From contig JAEZEJ010000065.1 in assembly GCA_023417775.1 (NCBI GenBank), forward strand, positions 2,239 to 42,238: 40,000 nt of DNA. The letters run 5' to 3'. Source of the stretch: Actinomycetes bacterium. GTDB taxonomy: Bacteria > Actinomycetota > Actinomycetes > Propionibacteriales > Nocardioidaceae. The notes beneath the pieces are model-generated. The model saw nothing but the letters and a program-made list of their open reading frames with translations. It did no database searches and was not told where the DNA came from. Below are positions 16,435 through 27,101 of this stretch, piece after piece. Every line of letters starts with the position of its first letter. Positions within the stretch are counted from its first letter, which is position 1. Both the position numbers and the translations under genes were made by a program.

Positions 16435-17619
16435 TCAGTCGAGGGAGCGGATGACCTCCTGGCTGCCGACCCGTTGGCCGATGAGCGCGATGACCGCGAT
16501 CAGCGCCGCCAGCCCGCCGCCCACGGCGAAGCCGCCGAGTGCCCCGTAGTGGTCGATGCACCAGCCCACGACGGGACCCGCGGTGGCGCCGCCGATCGTG
16601 AACGCCGTGCCCTGCCATCCCATCGCCACCCCGCGGCGTCGCTCATCGACCAGGTGGGTGATCCACTCGGTCGCCGCGGCGATCGAGGGCGCGCACATCA
16701 GCCCGGCGGGCAGGGCCGCGACCGCCAGCAGCCATACCGAGTCGGCCAGGCCGATGGGCATGGTGAGCAGGCCCATCGCGAGCAGGAGATAGGTGGGCCG
16801 GATCGATCGGCTCTGCGCTCCGTACAGCAGCCCGCCGACGAGCGAGGCCGCACCCCAGACCGCGTACACCAGCCCCACCAGGCCGACGGAGTCGAACTCG
16901 CGCAGCGCGGCGATGATGCCGAGATCGGTGGCCATCAGCGCGAGCATGGTGCCCGCCGAGATCGCGAAGAGGTAGCCGACGGTCGGGGTGAACCAGGAGA
17001 TCTGCCCGGAGGCGTTCGGGGCCTCGGCGTGATCGGCCGCCGTCCGGGTGGGCGGGTCCATGGCGAAGAAGATGAGACCGGCGATGAGAGTCGACCCGCC
17101 GACGACGAGCAGGGCGATGAGCGGACTCGCCTGGACCACCAGCACGCCGCCGATGGCCGGGCCGATGATGAAGGCCGCCTCGGCGACGACGCTGTCGGCC
17201 GCGAAGGCGGTCCGTCGCTGGCCGATCGGGGTCAGCACCCCCAGCGTCAGCCGGGTGATCGTCTGCACGGGGATGAGGAAGACCCCGGCCAGGAAGGCCA
17301 ATGGCAGCAGCCCCCAGTACCCGACCAGCGGCACGAGCGGGTACAGCACGAGCACCGCGGCCAGCGAGGGGATCAGTGCCCGTCGTACGCCGAACCGGTC
17401 GATCAGCTTGCCGCGCCAGGGCGAACCGATGGCCGCGCCGATCGTCTCGACAGCCGCCGCGACTCCGGCCTGGGCATAGGTGCCGCCGAGTCCCTCGACG
17501 ATGTAGAGCGTCAGCACGAGGGGGAGCGCCAGCATCGGGATCCGCGCGAAGAACGAGGCGACGAAGAGGATGCCGACGCGAGGGATCCTCAGCAGCTCTC
17601 GATAGACCCCCAGGCTCAC
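16435..17619 (-). CDS. MFS transporter
   Basis: Highly hydrophobic multi-helix protein with the MFS loop motif GKLIDRFGVRR. Start placed at GTG (complement 17617-17619, VSLGVYRELL); ATG at 17694 is the alternative. Confidence 0.8.
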   Translation of the reverse strand: MSLGVYRELLRIPRVGILFVASFFARIPMLALPLVLTLYIVEGLGGTYAQAGVAAAVETIGAAIGSPWRGKLIDRFGVRRALIPSLAAVLVLYPLVPLVGYWGLLPLAFLAGVFLIPVQTITRLTLGVLTPIGQRRTAFAADSVVAEAAFIIGPAIGGVLVVQASPLIALLVVGGSTLIAGLIFFAMDPPTRTAADHAEAPNASGQISWFTPTVGYLFAISAGTMLALMATDLGIIAALREFDSVGLVGLVYAVWGAASLVGGLLYGAQSRSIRPTYLLLAMGLLTMPIGLADSVWLLAVAALPAGLMCAPSIAAATEWITHLVDERRRGVAMGWQGTAFTIGGATAGPVVGWCIDHYGALGGFAVGGGLAALIAVIALIGQRVGSQEVIRSLD

Positions 17620-17751
17620 GAACCGATCCTGCCATGGGGCACCGACACCCCGCGGCCGAGGCGTAGGCTGCCCGGGAAAGGGTTGACACGGCACGCTACG
17701 GTGTGCTGCGTCCCCTCTACTATCCGCGTGGGATCAGGCAGGAAGTGGCTC

Positions 17752-20448
<2,697 letters not shown>

Positions 20449-20500
20449 CGATCGTGTCGTCCCGGCCGGTGGCGGTACGTCATCTACCCTTCCCTGGCGT

Positions 20501-20556
20501 GTGGCGTAGCTGGTCAACCCCAAGGCCCGTTCATGAGGTTGACCAGCTACCGCCAC
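20501..20556 (+). terminator. Long imperfect hairpin (19 bp, one bulge, 17-nt loop) downstream of topA
   Basis: GTGGCGTAGCTGGTCAACC (20501-20519) pairs with GGTTGACCAGCTACCGCCAC (20537-20556). No U-tract. 53 nt after the topA stop. Confidence 0.45.
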
Positions 20557-20650
20557 CGTCCATGAGGTCCGGGTAGGGCCCGGCGAAGGAGCGGGCGACG
20601 CCCGTCCCCGCCTCGTCCGCTTGTGGGCGGCGGCCATTAGGCTCGCTGAC

Positions 20651-21307
20651 ATGGACTCCTCCACCGTCCCCCCGCTCTACACCGAGACGGGCGTGTTCGT
20701 CGCATTCGAGGGCGGCGAGGGGTCCGGTAAATCGACGCAGGCACGCCTGCTGGCCGAGTGGCTGACCGAGCACGAGCGCGCCGTCGAGGTCACCCGCGAG
20801 CCGGGGGGTACGGCGGTGGGCCAGCAGCTGCGGCGCATCCTCCTCGACCCGGATACCGGCGACCTCTCCCCGCGCACCGAGGCCCTCGTCTACATCGCCG
20901 ACAAGGCCGAGCATGTCGATCACGTCGTCCTGCCGGCGCTGGCGGAGGGCAAGGTGGTCGTGACCGATCGCTACGTCGACTCGACGCTGGCCTATCAGGG
21001 AGCGGGCCGCGCGCTGCGTGCCGCGGAGCTGGAGCCGATCGCCCGCTGGGCCACCTCCGGCCTGCGTCCGCATCTGACGATCGTGCTGGACATCGATCCG
21101 GTCGTCGGGCTCGGCCGGGCCGGATCTCCCGACCGCATCGAGAGCGAGCCGCTGGAGTTCCATCAACGGGTGCGCCAGCACTTCCTGGAGCTGGCGGGCA
21201 CCGATCCGACGCACTATGTGGTCATCCCGGCCGACCAGGCTCCGGCCGAGGTCCACATCGCCGTGCAGCAGGCGATCGCCCCCTGGCTGTCGCAGGTGTC
21301 CGCATGA
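20651..21307 (+). CDS. tmk: Thymidylate kinase
   Basis: P-loop FEGGEGSGKST, TREPGGT, DRYVDSTLAYQG. Start at ATG 20651 (MDSSTVPP). Confidence 0.93.
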   Translation: MDSSTVPPLYTETGVFVAFEGGEGSGKSTQARLLAEWLTEHERAVEVTREPGGTAVGQQLRRILLDPDTGDLSPRTEALVYIADKAEHVDHVVLPALAEGKVVVTDRYVDSTLAYQGAGRALRAAELEPIARWATSGLRPHLTIVLDIDPVVGLGRAGSPDRIESEPLEFHQRVRQHFLELAGTDPTHYVVIPADQAPAEVHIAVQQAIAPWLSQVSA

Positions 21308-22476
21308 CGGTGTTGACGGGTGTGTGGTCCGAGCTCGTGGGCCAGGATGCCGTCGTCGAGTCGTTGCGGGGCGCGGTCGAGGCGAGTTCGGCCGCCCCCG
21401 AGGTCGATGCGAGCGCCCACGGGATGACCCATGCGTGGCTGTTCACCGGGCCTCCGGGCTCCGGGCGATCCACGGCGGCGATCGCCTTCGCCGCGGCCCT
21501 GCAGTGTGAGCGCGGCGGATGCGGGGAGTGCCACTCCTGCCAGACCGCGCGCGCCGGCAGCCATCCGGACATCACCATCGTCAACACCGACGGCCTGTCG
21601 ATCGGGGTCGCGGAGGCCCGTGAGATCGTGCGTACCGCGGCGCTGCACCCGGCCGTCGGACGCTGGCAGATCCTCATCGTCGAGGACGCCGACCGGCTCA
21701 CCGACCAGGCCGCCAATGCGTTGCTCAAGTCGGTCGAGGAGCCCTCGCCGCGCACGATCTGGATGTTGTGCGCGCCGGCGGTCGAGGATGTCATCACCAC
21801 CATCCGGTCGCGCTGCCGGCCGGTGCTGCTGCGCACGCCCTCGGTCGAGGCGATCACCCGGCTGCTGGTGGAGCGCGACGGGCTCGACGCCGAGGAGGCG
21901 CACGCGGCGGCGGCCGCCTCGCAGGGCCACATCGGGCGTGCCCGCGGGCTCGCCCGCAATGCGGAGGCGCGTCAGCGCCGCGCCGATATCCTCGCGCTGC
22001 CGCGGAGCCTGCGGACACTCGGCGATTGCCTGCGGGCCGCGCAGCGCATCGATGCGGAGGCGAATACCCGCGCCGATGCCTACTGCGATGCGGCGGATGA
22101 GCGTGAGAAGGCCGATCTCAAGTCCTCCTGGGGCGTCGAAGACCGTGGCCGGCGTCCAGCCGGATACGCCGGTGCGCTCTCCAGCCTCACCAAGGAGCAG
22201 GAGCGGCGTCGTAAGCGCATGGCCCGCGACAGCATCGACGGTGTCCTGCTCGATCTGCTCTCCTACTTCCGCGATGTCATGGCCGTCCAGCTCGGCTCGA
22301 CCCAGTATCTGATCAATGCCGATGTCACCGATGATGTCGTGTCCATGGCGCGTGAGCGTTCCCCTGAGTCGATCGTCGGGGCGATCGATGCCGTGGGCGC
22401 GTGCCGGGAGGCTCTCGAAGCCAATGCCGCCCCGCTCCTGGCCGTCGAGCACATGATGACGAGGTTTCTGCCGTGA
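21304..22476 (+). CDS. holB: DNA polymerase III subunit delta'
   Basis: ATGA overlap with tmk. GPPGSGRS, Zn module CERGGCGECHSC, DEAD-like IVEDADRL, sensor SRC (IRSRCR). Confidence 0.9.
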   Translation: MTVLTGVWSELVGQDAVVESLRGAVEASSAAPEVDASAHGMTHAWLFTGPPGSGRSTAAIAFAAALQCERGGCGECHSCQTARAGSHPDITIVNTDGLSIGVAEAREIVRTAALHPAVGRWQILIVEDADRLTDQAANALLKSVEEPSPRTIWMLCAPAVEDVITTIRSRCRPVLLRTPSVEAITRLLVERDGLDAEEAHAAAAASQGHIGRARGLARNAEARQRRADILALPRSLRTLGDCLRAAQRIDAEANTRADAYCDAADEREKADLKSSWGVEDRGRRPAGYAGALSSLTKEQERRRKRMARDSIDGVLLDLLSYFRDVMAVQLGSTQYLINADVTDDVVSMARERSPESIVGAIDAVGACREALEANAAPLLAVEHMMTRFLP

Positions 22477-24017
22477 ATCGTTCTGCCGCCATCGCCCTCG
22501 GTGCCGCCGGGGTCGTCCTCGCCCTGATCGTCGCCGCGGCGGTCTATGTCATCGGCGACTGGGGGGAGGACGATGCCGAACAGGCGTCCACGCCCACCGG
22601 CGAGCAGGCCCCGGGCGGGCTCGAGGCCTTCTACGATCAGCAGATCGACTGGGAGTCCTGCGACAGCGGCGACGCCCGTTGTGCCACGGCCGAGGTTCCG
22701 GTCGACTACGACGACCCGAGCGGCGAGACCCTCGACCTCGCCCTCCTGAAGGTCGAGGCGACGGGCGACCGGCAGGGCACCATCTTCGTCAATCCCGGCG
22801 GCCCTGGAGGCTCGGCCCAGGACTTCGCGGAGATGATGGGGGCGCGGTTCCCGTCCTCGGTGCGCGATGCCTTCGACATCGTCGGCGTCGACCCGCGTGG
22901 CGTGGGGGAGAGCACCCCGCTGCAGTGCCTCGACGATGCCGACTTCGATGCCTTCATCGCCCTCGACCCCGATCCGGAGACCCCCGACGAGATCGAGGAG
23001 TCCCGCGAGGGCATCGAGGCGATGGGCGAGGCCTGCCTGAAGAACTCCGGGGACCTCGCGGCCCATGTATCGACCGAGGAGGTCGCCCGCGATCACGATG
23101 TGATCCGTGCGGCGCTCGGCGAGGAGACCTTCAACTGGTTCGGCGCCTCCTATGGCACGCAGCTGGGGGCCCAGTACGCGGAGATGTTCCCCGATCGTGT
23201 CGGTCGGATGGTGCTCGACGGTGGTCTGGACCCGGCCCTCGACTCCATCGAGGTGTCCCTGGGGCAGGCTGAGGGCTTCCAGCGGGCGCTGGACGCCTAT
23301 ATCGCCGACTGCGTGAGCGACGGCGACTGCCCGCTCGGGTCGAGTGAGGACGAGGCGCTGGACGCCGTCGCGGGCTTCATGGCCGATCTGGAGCAGGAGC
23401 CGCTGGTCTCGCGGGGTGGCCGGGAGCTGACGGAGGGCCTGGCCTTCTACGGGGTCGCGGTGACGCTCTACGCCAAGGAATCGTGGAGCTATCTGACGGC
23501 GGCCTTCGAGGCGGCGCTCGGTGACGACGATCCGGGAGTCTTCCTCCAGCTCGCCGATATCTACTTCGACCGCAATGCGCGCGGGGAGTTCCAGAGCAAC
23601 TCCGGCCAGGTGATCTATGCGGTCAACTGCCTGGACGGGCCCACCGATGTCACCGTCGAGGAGGTCGAGTCGGAGTGGCTGCCGCGCTTCCGCGCCGCCT
23701 CGCCGGTCTTCGGCGGTGCGCTGGGCTGGGGTGTCATGGGCTGCGCGGACTGGCCGATCGAGTCCGCGAACCCGCAGGAGCCGGTGACGGCCGAGGGCGC
23801 GGACCCGATCGTCGTCGTGGGCACCACCCGCGATCCGGCGACTCCCTACGAGTGGTCGCAGTCACTGGCCGAGGAGCTGTCCTCGGGTGTCCTGGTGACG
23901 CGCGAGGGCGATGGCCACACCGGCTACGGCATGGGCAATGCCTGCGTGGACGACGCGATCAACGCCTATCTCGTCGACGGCACGGTCCCCGACGACGGCC
24001 TCGTCTGCGGCGAGTAG
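22473..24017 (+). CDS. Secreted/membrane-anchored alpha/beta hydrolase (tripeptidyl-aminopeptidase-like family)
   Basis: GTGA overlap with holB. N-terminal TM/signal AAIALGAAGVVLALIVAAAVYVI. Nucleophile elbow GASYGT. C-terminal TRDPATPYEW...GDGHTGY. Confidence 0.8.
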   Translation: MNRSAAIALGAAGVVLALIVAAAVYVIGDWGEDDAEQASTPTGEQAPGGLEAFYDQQIDWESCDSGDARCATAEVPVDYDDPSGETLDLALLKVEATGDRQGTIFVNPGGPGGSAQDFAEMMGARFPSSVRDAFDIVGVDPRGVGESTPLQCLDDADFDAFIALDPDPETPDEIEESREGIEAMGEACLKNSGDLAAHVSTEEVARDHDVIRAALGEETFNWFGASYGTQLGAQYAEMFPDRVGRMVLDGGLDPALDSIEVSLGQAEGFQRALDAYIADCVSDGDCPLGSSEDEALDAVAGFMADLEQEPLVSRGGRELTEGLAFYGVAVTLYAKESWSYLTAAFEAALGDDDPGVFLQLADIYFDRNARGEFQSNSGQVIYAVNCLDGPTDVTVEEVESEWLPRFRAASPVFGGALGWGVMGCADWPIESANPQEPVTAEGADPIVVVGTTRDPATPYEWSQSLAEELSSGVLVTREGDGHTGYGMGNACVDDAINAYLVDGTVPDDGLVCGE

Positions 24018-24027
24018 TCGGGCCGGC

Positions 24028-24327
24028 TCAGCCGGCGGTGTCGCGGGCTGCGGCCTCGTGATGGTGGATGACCTCGTCGATGATGAAGGTCAGGAACTTC
24101 TCGGCGAAGGCGGGGTCGAGATCGGCCTCGAGGGCCTTCTCGCGCAGTCGGTGGATCTGCCGGGCCTCGCGGTCCGGATCGGCCGGCGGGAGCTGGTGCA
24201 CGGCCTTGAGCCGACCGACCCTCTTGGTGCACTTGAATCGCTCGGCGAGCAGGTGAACCAGGGCGGCGTCGATATTGTCGATGCTGGCGCGGATCTCGTC
24301 GAGTTCGGCGCGGATGTCGTCGTCCAC
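24028..24327 (-). CDS. Chorismate mutase (AroQ class, small cytoplasmic type)
   Basis: 99 aa. LDEIRASIDNIDAALVHLLAERFKCTKRVGRLK...EKFLTFIIDEVI, the typical AroQ helices. Confidence 0.85.
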   Translation of the reverse strand: MDDDIRAELDEIRASIDNIDAALVHLLAERFKCTKRVGRLKAVHQLPPADPDREARQIHRLREKALEADLDPAFAEKFLTFIIDEVIHHHEAAARDTAG

Positions 24328-24419
24328 GAGTCGATTCTACGAAGCCACCCCCTCGGTGGAGTGCAGTCGGGGTGGCGGGTAGAGTTGCGGTGGTTCGACG
24401 GGCGATCCCTGTCGACCGC

Positions 24420-24492
24420 GCCGCCTTAGCTCAGTCGGTAGAGCATTTCACTCGTAATGAAAAGGTCGTCGGTTCGATTCCGACAGGCGGCT
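24420..24492 (+). tRNA. tRNA-Thr (anticodon CGT)
   Basis: Hand-folded cloverleaf. Acceptor GCCGCCT/AGGCGGC, D arm GCTC-AGTCGGTA-GAGC, anticodon arm TTTCA-CTCGTAA-TGAAA, T arm GTCGG-TTCGATT-CCGAC, discriminator T. 73 nt; CCA not encoded. Confidence 0.93.
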
Positions 24493-24512
24493 CCGGTAAG
24501 TCTCATCTGAAC

Positions 24513-24546
24513 GGCGCTGACACTCAGTCATCTGAGGGTCGGCGCC
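24513..24546 (+). terminator. Stem-loop followed by T-rich tract (TTCTTCGATT), probable terminator of the tRNA transcript
   Basis: Outer GGCGC/GCGCC, middle (T)GAC/GTC(G), inner CTCAG-tcat-CTGAG: about 14 bp nearly continuous. Confidence 0.55.
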
Positions 24547-24661
24547 TTCTTCGATTCCGGGGTCAGGTCCGGGAGCTAGGTGGCGAGCGGCGGATTCACA
24601 CTGAGGGGGGCGACGATCGCTTCGTTGAGCGCTCGCTCGATTTTCGCAGTAGGTTGCGAGG

Positions 24662-24883
24662 GTGGAACCACAGACGGGAACGCTCCGCGTCCGATACGAC
24701 TTCGACGGTGATGCGGCTGGCAGCGAGCAGGGTGACTGGATCGAGCCCGAGGACGCGCTGGCCTGGGTCGAGCTGCAGAAATTCGACCACGCGGACCGAT
24801 TCGAACGCTGGGAGATCTGGCGCTTCGACGGCCAGGACTGGATCTTCGACCGCGGGGTCGATGACACGGCCTCGGCCTCCTGA
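24662..24883 (+). CDS. Small acidic Trp-rich hypothetical protein
   Basis: 73-aa ORF. By my hand count 61 of 73 codons end in G/C, which matches the coding bias of neighbouring genes. No recognisable domain; start (GTG) uncertain. Confidence 0.45.
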   Translation: MEPQTGTLRVRYDFDGDAAGSEQGDWIEPEDALAWVELQKFDHADRFERWEIWRFDGQDWIFDRGVDDTASAS

Positions 24884-24926
24884 GCCGCCCGAGATGACCC
24901 TGTCGCCGAGTCGATAACGTGACGGG

Positions 24927-25496
24927 GTGAGCCCCGACTTCCGCCGTTGCACCCCGGGCGACATCCCCCGCGCGGCCTGCACGCTGGCCGCCGCCTTCGC
25001 GGACTACAGCTGGACCCGCTGGACCGTGCCCGCCGAGGACCACCTGCGTCGGCTCGAGGAACTGCAGGCGATCTACCTGGCGCACGCCGTGGACCACGGG
25101 GTCGTTCTCGTCGATGCCGAGGTGACTGCCGTGATCGCCCTCGTCCCTCCGGATGCCCCCGAGCTGTCAGCTGAGGCCATGGAACGGGTCGTGGCGCTGC
25201 ACGGCGACCGGCTGGAGGCACTGGGAGCGGTCTCGACGCCGACCGCGCCCGAGGGGTCCTGGGAGCTCGCGACCCTCGGCGTGGACCCGGGTCGGCGCGG
25301 TCAGGGCCTCGGCTCCGCGATCACCACCGCCGGCCTGCGGCTCGTGGACGAACTCGCTGCCGGTGCGCCGATCGCTCTGGAGACCTCCGATGAGCGCAAT
25401 GTCCGTCTCTACGAAGGGCTCGGATTCGTGGTCACCGGCACCACCGTGATCGAACACGGCCCGACGGTGTTCTCGATGCTGCAGGACGCACGCTGA
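24927..25496 (+). CDS. GNAT N-acetyltransferase, puromycin N-acetyltransferase (Pac)-like
   Basis: 189 aa. Colinear by eye with remembered Streptomyces Pac: DIPRAACTLAAAFADYSWTRWTV vs DVPRAVRTLAAAFADYPATRHTV; LATLGVDPGRRGQGLGSA vs LATVGVSPDHQGKGLGSA; ALETSDERNVRLYEGLGFVVT vs FLETSAPRNLPFYERLGFTVT. Confidence 0.8.
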   Translation: MSPDFRRCTPGDIPRAACTLAAAFADYSWTRWTVPAEDHLRRLEELQAIYLAHAVDHGVVLVDAEVTAVIALVPPDAPELSAEAMERVVALHGDRLEALGAVSTPTAPEGSWELATLGVDPGRRGQGLGSAITTAGLRLVDELAAGAPIALETSDERNVRLYEGLGFVVTGTTVIEHGPTVFSMLQDAR

Positions 25497-25634
25497 GTGG
25501 CCCCGTCCCGAGAGCGGGACCACTCCCCCGTGCGTAACGGTGGTGCGGCCCCGTGGGCACTGGTAGGTGGGAGTGACCGTGGCACGGGACCGCAGTCGTC
25601 GGGTTCCCCGATCACGGGAAGTTGAAACGCGCGA

Positions 25635-26192
25635 TCAGGCCAGACCGGCCTGACGCCGCCGTGATCGTCCGATGATCCACAGCACGATGCCGATGGCGAG
25701 GAAGGCGAGACCGCCCAGACCGCCGAAGACGGCGAGCAGGATGCCGCCGACCCCGGCGAAGATCCCGCCGATCGACAGCGGCGGCGCCACCAGGACATCC
25801 CCGCCGGTGCAGCTCAGGACGTAGTCGCCCGAGGCCGTCGTACGGAACGAGTCGAAGCTCTGCCAGGTGTCGCCCTGAATGGTGATGCTGCTCGACTGAC
25901 TGGTGCCCGATGCCGGCGGCTGACCGTCGGGAGTCTGCATGGTGCACGAGGGCGGGGTGTCACCCTGCCTGCGGTACAGCTGCAGGCTCTCATCGGCCTC
26001 CAAGGTCACCTGACCGGTACCGGAGATGACCTCCCCGTCGCTCACCTTCGACACGCTGCCCCCGATGCCGACCACGCCGAGGGCGATACCGCCGCCGACG
26101 CAGACCACCGCCATCAGGGCGCCGACGATCGTCAGCACGATCCCGGTGATGCGGAAACCCCGTCCGGGGTCGGTCGGTGTCGGTGTCGACAT
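25635..26192 (-). CDS. Membrane protein, two TM segments flanking an extracytoplasmic Ser/Thr/Gly-rich domain with two Cys
   Basis: Start at ATG (complement 26190-26192) preceded by AAGGAG, giving 185 aa. TM1 ITGIVLTIVGALMAVVCVGGGIALGVVGI; TM2 IGGIFAGVGGILLAVFGGLGGLAFLAIGIVLWII. Confidence 0.65.
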   Translation of the reverse strand: MSTPTPTDPGRGFRITGIVLTIVGALMAVVCVGGGIALGVVGIGGSVSKVSDGEVISGTGQVTLEADESLQLYRRQGDTPPSCTMQTPDGQPPASGTSQSSSITIQGDTWQSFDSFRTTASGDYVLSCTGGDVLVAPPLSIGGIFAGVGGILLAVFGGLGGLAFLAIGIVLWIIGRSRRRQAGLA

Positions 26193-26255
26193 GAACTGAG
26201 CTCCTTCGAACGTCGGACACTCCATCATGGCCCATCGGCTCGCGCCCCGCGCATG

Positions 26256-26292
26256 GTGATGCCCCGACCCTCCCTCCGGGCCGGGGCATCAC
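26256..26292 (-). terminator. Strong hairpin downstream of the ridA-like gene, probable terminator of the 13-gene operon
   Basis: 11-bp stem GTGATGCCCCG/CGGGGCATCAC (26256-26266 / 26282-26292) plus inner CCC/GGG and a 7-nt loop. Lies 9 nt after the stop at 26301. Confidence 0.55.
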
Positions 26293-26300
26293 ATCTCCGG

Positions 26301-26702
26301 TCAGCGGCGAGATGCGCTGCCGATGATCCCCTGGGCCTCGATCTCCACGGTGAGACCCGGCTCGACCAGCCTGCTCACCTCGACCAGCGTCGAGCACGGG
26401 AAGTCGCCGGAGAAGAACTCCGCCCGCGCCCGCCCGACCTCGGCCTTCTCGTCGACATCGGTCAGATACAGCCGCAGGGTCACGAGATCGTCCATCGTGC
26501 CGCCGGCCGCCTTCACGAGGTGCCGGATCTTGATGAAGGTCTGCCGCGCCTGATCGTAGGTCGAGCCGTCACCGAGCACCCCGCCCGCACCGTCACCGGC
26601 GTGCAGCCCGGAGAGGAACAGCTGGTCGCCGATCAGCCGGGCGTTGCTGAACATGTCGGGCCGAGGAGGCCGGGCCACCTCGGGGGAGTCGATCGCCGTC
26701 AT
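26301..26702 (-). CDS. RidA/YjgF-family reactive enamine/imine deaminase
   Basis: Start at ATG (complement 26700-26702), giving 133 aa. LFLSGLHAG...DQARQTFIKIRHLVKAAGGTMDDLVTLRLYLTD...PCSTLVEVSRLVEPGLTVEIEA is the typical RidA pattern. ATGA overlap with the upstream gene. Confidence 0.85.
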   Translation of the reverse strand: MTAIDSPEVARPPRPDMFSNARLIGDQLFLSGLHAGDGAGGVLGDGSTYDQARQTFIKIRHLVKAAGGTMDDLVTLRLYLTDVDEKAEVGRARAEFFSGDFPCSTLVEVSRLVEPGLTVEIEAQGIIGSASRR

Positions 26703-27076
26703 GCCCTCTCCTGTCCCTCGGCCGCGCGTCGCTCGACCGACTCGCGGGTCAACCGCTCGCGTACCGGCACGAAGTCGTAGGTGGCGTACACGTCTGTCGA
26801 GAAGGTCCCCCAGGCGCGCCGTTCGAGCTCGACGTTGACGGCATTGAGCCGCCCGGAGGGGAGCCGCAGCGTCACGATCTGCCCGAGTCCCACCGCGACC
26901 ACCCACGAGACGATCTCGACCCCCGCGGGCGGGAAGCCGGTCCACCACTCGCGCTCGTCCAGCTGCCGCTGGAACTCATCGAGATGACGCGACTGGTCGT
27001 GACGGAGGACGACGGTGAGCATCAGCTCACCGTCGTCATTCCCCTCCGCCGCGAGTGGGTCGGAGGCCCGTGTCAT
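26699..27076 (-). CDS. Hypothetical protein (possible ferredoxin-like alpha+beta barrel, muconolactone-isomerase/DUF3303-like)
   Basis: 125 aa from ATG (complement 27074-27076). Coding bias and operon position are good; the fold suggestion rests only on the pattern LMLTVVLRHD...EREWWTGFP...VEIVSWVV. Confidence 0.5.
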   Translation of the reverse strand: MTRASDPLAAEGNDDGELMLTVVLRHDQSRHLDEFQRQLDEREWWTGFPPAGVEIVSWVVAVGLGQIVTLRLPSGRLNAVNVELERRAWGTFSTDVYATYDFVPVRERLTRESVERRAAEGQERA

Positions 27077-27101
27077 GTCGAGCCGTTCATCGTTCGCTCG
27101 C

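Noticed and set aside
17683-17723. TTGACA (17683-17688) and TACTAT (17718-17723) as the topA promoter.
   Set aside because: The 29-nt spacing is too long for a single sigma70-type promoter. Each hexamer may belong to a different promoter (topA or the divergent MFS gene), which I cannot resolve without transcription start site data.
15739-17751. The 1569-aa track ORF suggests a giant N-terminal extension of topA.
   Set aside because: The upstream part is low-complexity junk that overlaps the methyltransferase and, antisense, the MFS gene. Conserved TopA sequence starts at VTKLVIVESPNK (GTG 17752).
20533-20565. A 10-codon mini-ORF (MRLTSYRHRP) inside the topA-tmk hairpin.
   Set aside because: It has no RBS and lies within the stem of the hairpin. 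It is most likely a coincidental ATG.
24550-24559. A 10-nt direct repeat of the tRNA-Thr T-arm (TTCGATTCCG, also at 24473-24482) as a possible att-site remnant.
   Set aside because: It is too short and only 77 nt away. A 9-nt version also occurs by chance at 14568-14576, and no integrase or distal repeat is visible.
24662-25496. The small ORF plus GNAT as a type II toxin-antitoxin pair (TacT/KacT-like).
   Set aside because: The GNAT aligns with Pac-type drug acetyltransferases rather than tRNA-acetylating toxins. The small protein shows no RHH/DUF1778-like features. The 43-nt gap and gene sizes are atypical for such a pair.
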